Below are positions 62,329-64,000 of a DNA stretch of 64,000 nt, one piece after another; positions within the stretch are counted from its first letter, which is position 1, and each line of letters begins with the position of its first letter. Made by a program: the position numbers and the translations under genes. Origin of the DNA: a virus; the IMG/VR virus record IMGVR_UViG_3300045988_150172, one strand, 5' to 3'. The notes beneath the pieces were generated by a model. The model made no database searches, was not told the DNA's origin, and worked only from the letters and a program-made list of their open reading frames with translations.

Positions 62329-63771
62329 ATGTCTGATAAAAAGGCTACACCAAAGAGAATTATAACGGAACAGGATGTGGAACGTATTATGCGTACAGCT
62401 CCTGACTGGATTCTGGATGCGGCTGATGACATACAGGATTTATGGGTATCATCAGAATGGGCGAAGGAGGAACGTGATCTATCTCCAAGGCGATACTTTG
62501 ACATTACTTTGAATGCTGGCACAGCAAAGGAGAAGGAGCTTCACATTGACTTTCAGCAGACTGTAAATCCATCGGCAGTCATCAAGTCGGCAGGAGGATC
62601 TCTGGAGGACATGCAGAAAGCCAATGGTGCTCGCCTAGGGTATCTGGCTCTTGACCGTGCCTATAACAATGCAGTCCTTGCATTGAATACGGCAATGGGC
62701 ATTCGAAGTCGGAAGCCGCGAAATATCGTGGACTACACTGGAACGATAATGGAGCTGTTCGGCAAGTTCTACACTGTGGCTGACGTACACAATGTTCTGA
62801 GCAAGGAATATCGTATAAAGGTTCCAGAGGATGAGCTTCGTAAGTTCTATGTTGAGCATCGTGACCTGATAACCAAGCGAAGAGCGGAATATGTTCTTAA
62901 CAGCAAGGAATTTCGCATCGCAACTGAGACTGGACGGCTGGAGATTCTGAACAGGCTTCTTGTGGAGTTTGAAATAAAGAACAAGAATGCTGGCGGCAGC
63001 AATCTGGAAATATCAAATATGATACTAAAGATTGTCGAACAGGCTCGAAAGGAGGTCAAGGGAAACGAACTGAAGATGACCGTTGACGGTCGCATAGATG
63101 TTTCCGCTACCGTTCATGCTGAATCCAACGTGGTGGATGTGATGAAGCACCTGTCCATCAATGCTCTAGTCATCGGTCTAACAGCAGCAAAGGCAGGACT
63201 GAATCCAGCAGTGCTGATAGGACAGCTGGCGAACAGCTGGTATAGTCAATTTAATGGCTTTAACGGTAACATTATGGAGGGTAAGGAAGTTCGACTTCCT
63301 TCCGCACTGATACGATCCTACGACTGGGGTAAGATTGAAGATGGAAGTAAGGCATTTGTCGGTGAATTCACCCCTATATCGGAAGTTGTGGATGAACAGG
63401 ACACCATCGCTCGGGAACAGGGTGAAAGTCGCCGTGAGGAGCTTATAAATCGCCTTAGAAACATAAAGAATGCAAAGAACAGAGAACAGGAAAGAGCCAA
63501 CCCCTACACCACGGACGGACTGTCAGAGGAGACCTCTGGAGGTCTGGTGGCAGCTCCTGTCACGGCAGGAGAAGGAGCAGCGGAGCCAAAGCACGAATTT
63601 GAAGTGGATTACGCGTTGAACAATAACCAAAAGCAGAAGCATAATATTCGTATTCGCGGTAAGATTCATGAATCAATTAAGAGACATGCAGCACAGAGGG
63701 AAGAAGAATCTGTAAAAAGAAGAAGTCGTGCATTAAGGAAGAAGGATGCACAGAAGCCTACTAACGAATAG
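62329..63771 (+). CDS. hypothetical protein with basic C-terminal tail
   Basis: 480-aa ORF. No recognised motif. Confidence 0.55.
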   Translation: MSDKKATPKRIITEQDVERIMRTAPDWILDAADDIQDLWVSSEWAKEERDLSPRRYFDITLNAGTAKEKELHIDFQQTVNPSAVIKSAGGSLEDMQKANGARLGYLALDRAYNNAVLALNTAMGIRSRKPRNIVDYTGTIMELFGKFYTVADVHNVLSKEYRIKVPEDELRKFYVEHRDLITKRRAEYVLNSKEFRIATETGRLEILNRLLVEFEIKNKNAGGSNLEISNMILKIVEQARKEVKGNELKMTVDGRIDVSATVHAESNVVDVMKHLSINALVIGLTAAKAGLNPAVLIGQLANSWYSQFNGFNGNIMEGKEVRLPSALIRSYDWGKIEDGSKAFVGEFTPISEVVDEQDTIAREQGESRREELINRLRNIKNAKNREQERANPYTTDGLSEETSGGLVAAPVTAGEGAAEPKHEFEVDYALNNNQKQKHNIRIRGKIHESIKRHAAQREEESVKRRSRALRKKDAQKPTNE

Positions 63772-63777
63772 AAATAT

Positions 63778-63785
63778 TATATTTG
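63778..63785 (+). promoter_or_regulatory. -7 promoter box TATATTTG
   Basis: Lies in the 37-nt gap upstream of the 63809 ORF. Confidence 0.4.
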
Positions 63786-63808
63786 TGCGGTTAAATAGTA
63801 ATAATATC

Positions 63809-64000
63809 ATGAAGATTGTCTATAATAAGTTTATCCCCTTTGAGGGGTATCTTGCAATTAATCTGTTTGGTATCCTGTTTGTGCGTGGAACACGAGAAGC
63901 CACCCAGCATAGAATTAACAACAGACTATTGACACATGAGAGGATTCATACGGCACAGATGAAGGAACTAGCATATATCTTCTTCTATCTGTGGTATTTC
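63809..64000 (+). CDS. putative zinc metalloprotease (HExxH), 5' partial at window end
   Basis: MKIVYNKFIPFEGYLAINLFGILFVRG..LTHERIHTAQMKE. The ORF runs off the window. Confidence 0.45.
   Translation, partial: MKIVYNKFIPFEGYLAINLFGILFVRGTREATQHRINNRLLTHERIHTAQMKELAYIFFYLWYF

Noticed and set aside
1-64000. CRISPR arrays, rRNA genes, transposases and insertion sequences.
   Set aside because: No spaced direct-repeat arrays, no rRNA-like conserved stretches and no transposase or integrase motifs were seen. The only mobile elements supported are the inteins, the free-standing HNH gene and the putative intron.

Overview
This window is a gene-dense, single-strand (+) segment of a large, apparently virulent contractile-tailed phage. 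No integrase or repressor is visible. The host is most likely a member of the Bacteroidota, for three reasons: BACON-type domains in surface proteins, repeated TAnnTTTG (-7) promoter boxes with a TTG-type element 19-20 nt upstream, and A/T-rich leaders that mostly lack Shine-Dalgarno sequences. The layout is as follows. Positions 142-23093 hold the virion module: neck or decoration proteins, sheath, tube, chaperones, tape measure, an M15-peptidase hub protein, baseplate, an embedded lysis pair, and BACON-tipped fibres. Positions 23122-31530 hold an HNH endonuclease, a DnaQ-like exonuclease, a large terminase carrying two inteins, a DnaB-like helicase and a primase. Positions 31559-36874 are a nucleotide-metabolism block that looks like a thymidine hypermodification or replacement pathway, with a tRNA-like element inside it. 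Positions 36871-41643 are a DnaE-type polymerase interrupted by a structured insertion of about 310 nt at the catalytic-site motif, and also by a LAGLIDADG intein. Positions 41648-49016 are a recombination block (Mre11-like, RecA, Rad50-like, RuvC-like). Positions 49013-53798 are an accessory block: two cargo enzymes share a 30-aa N-terminal leader, each is followed in its cassette by a paralogous small protein, and an HD (p)ppGpp-hydrolase-like gene lies nearby. Positions 53786-64000 hold NAD-ligase, an SNF2 helicase, RNase H, a UvrD-like helicase, GroEL and unknowns. All functional calls rest on motifs I read in the translations. No database searches were run.
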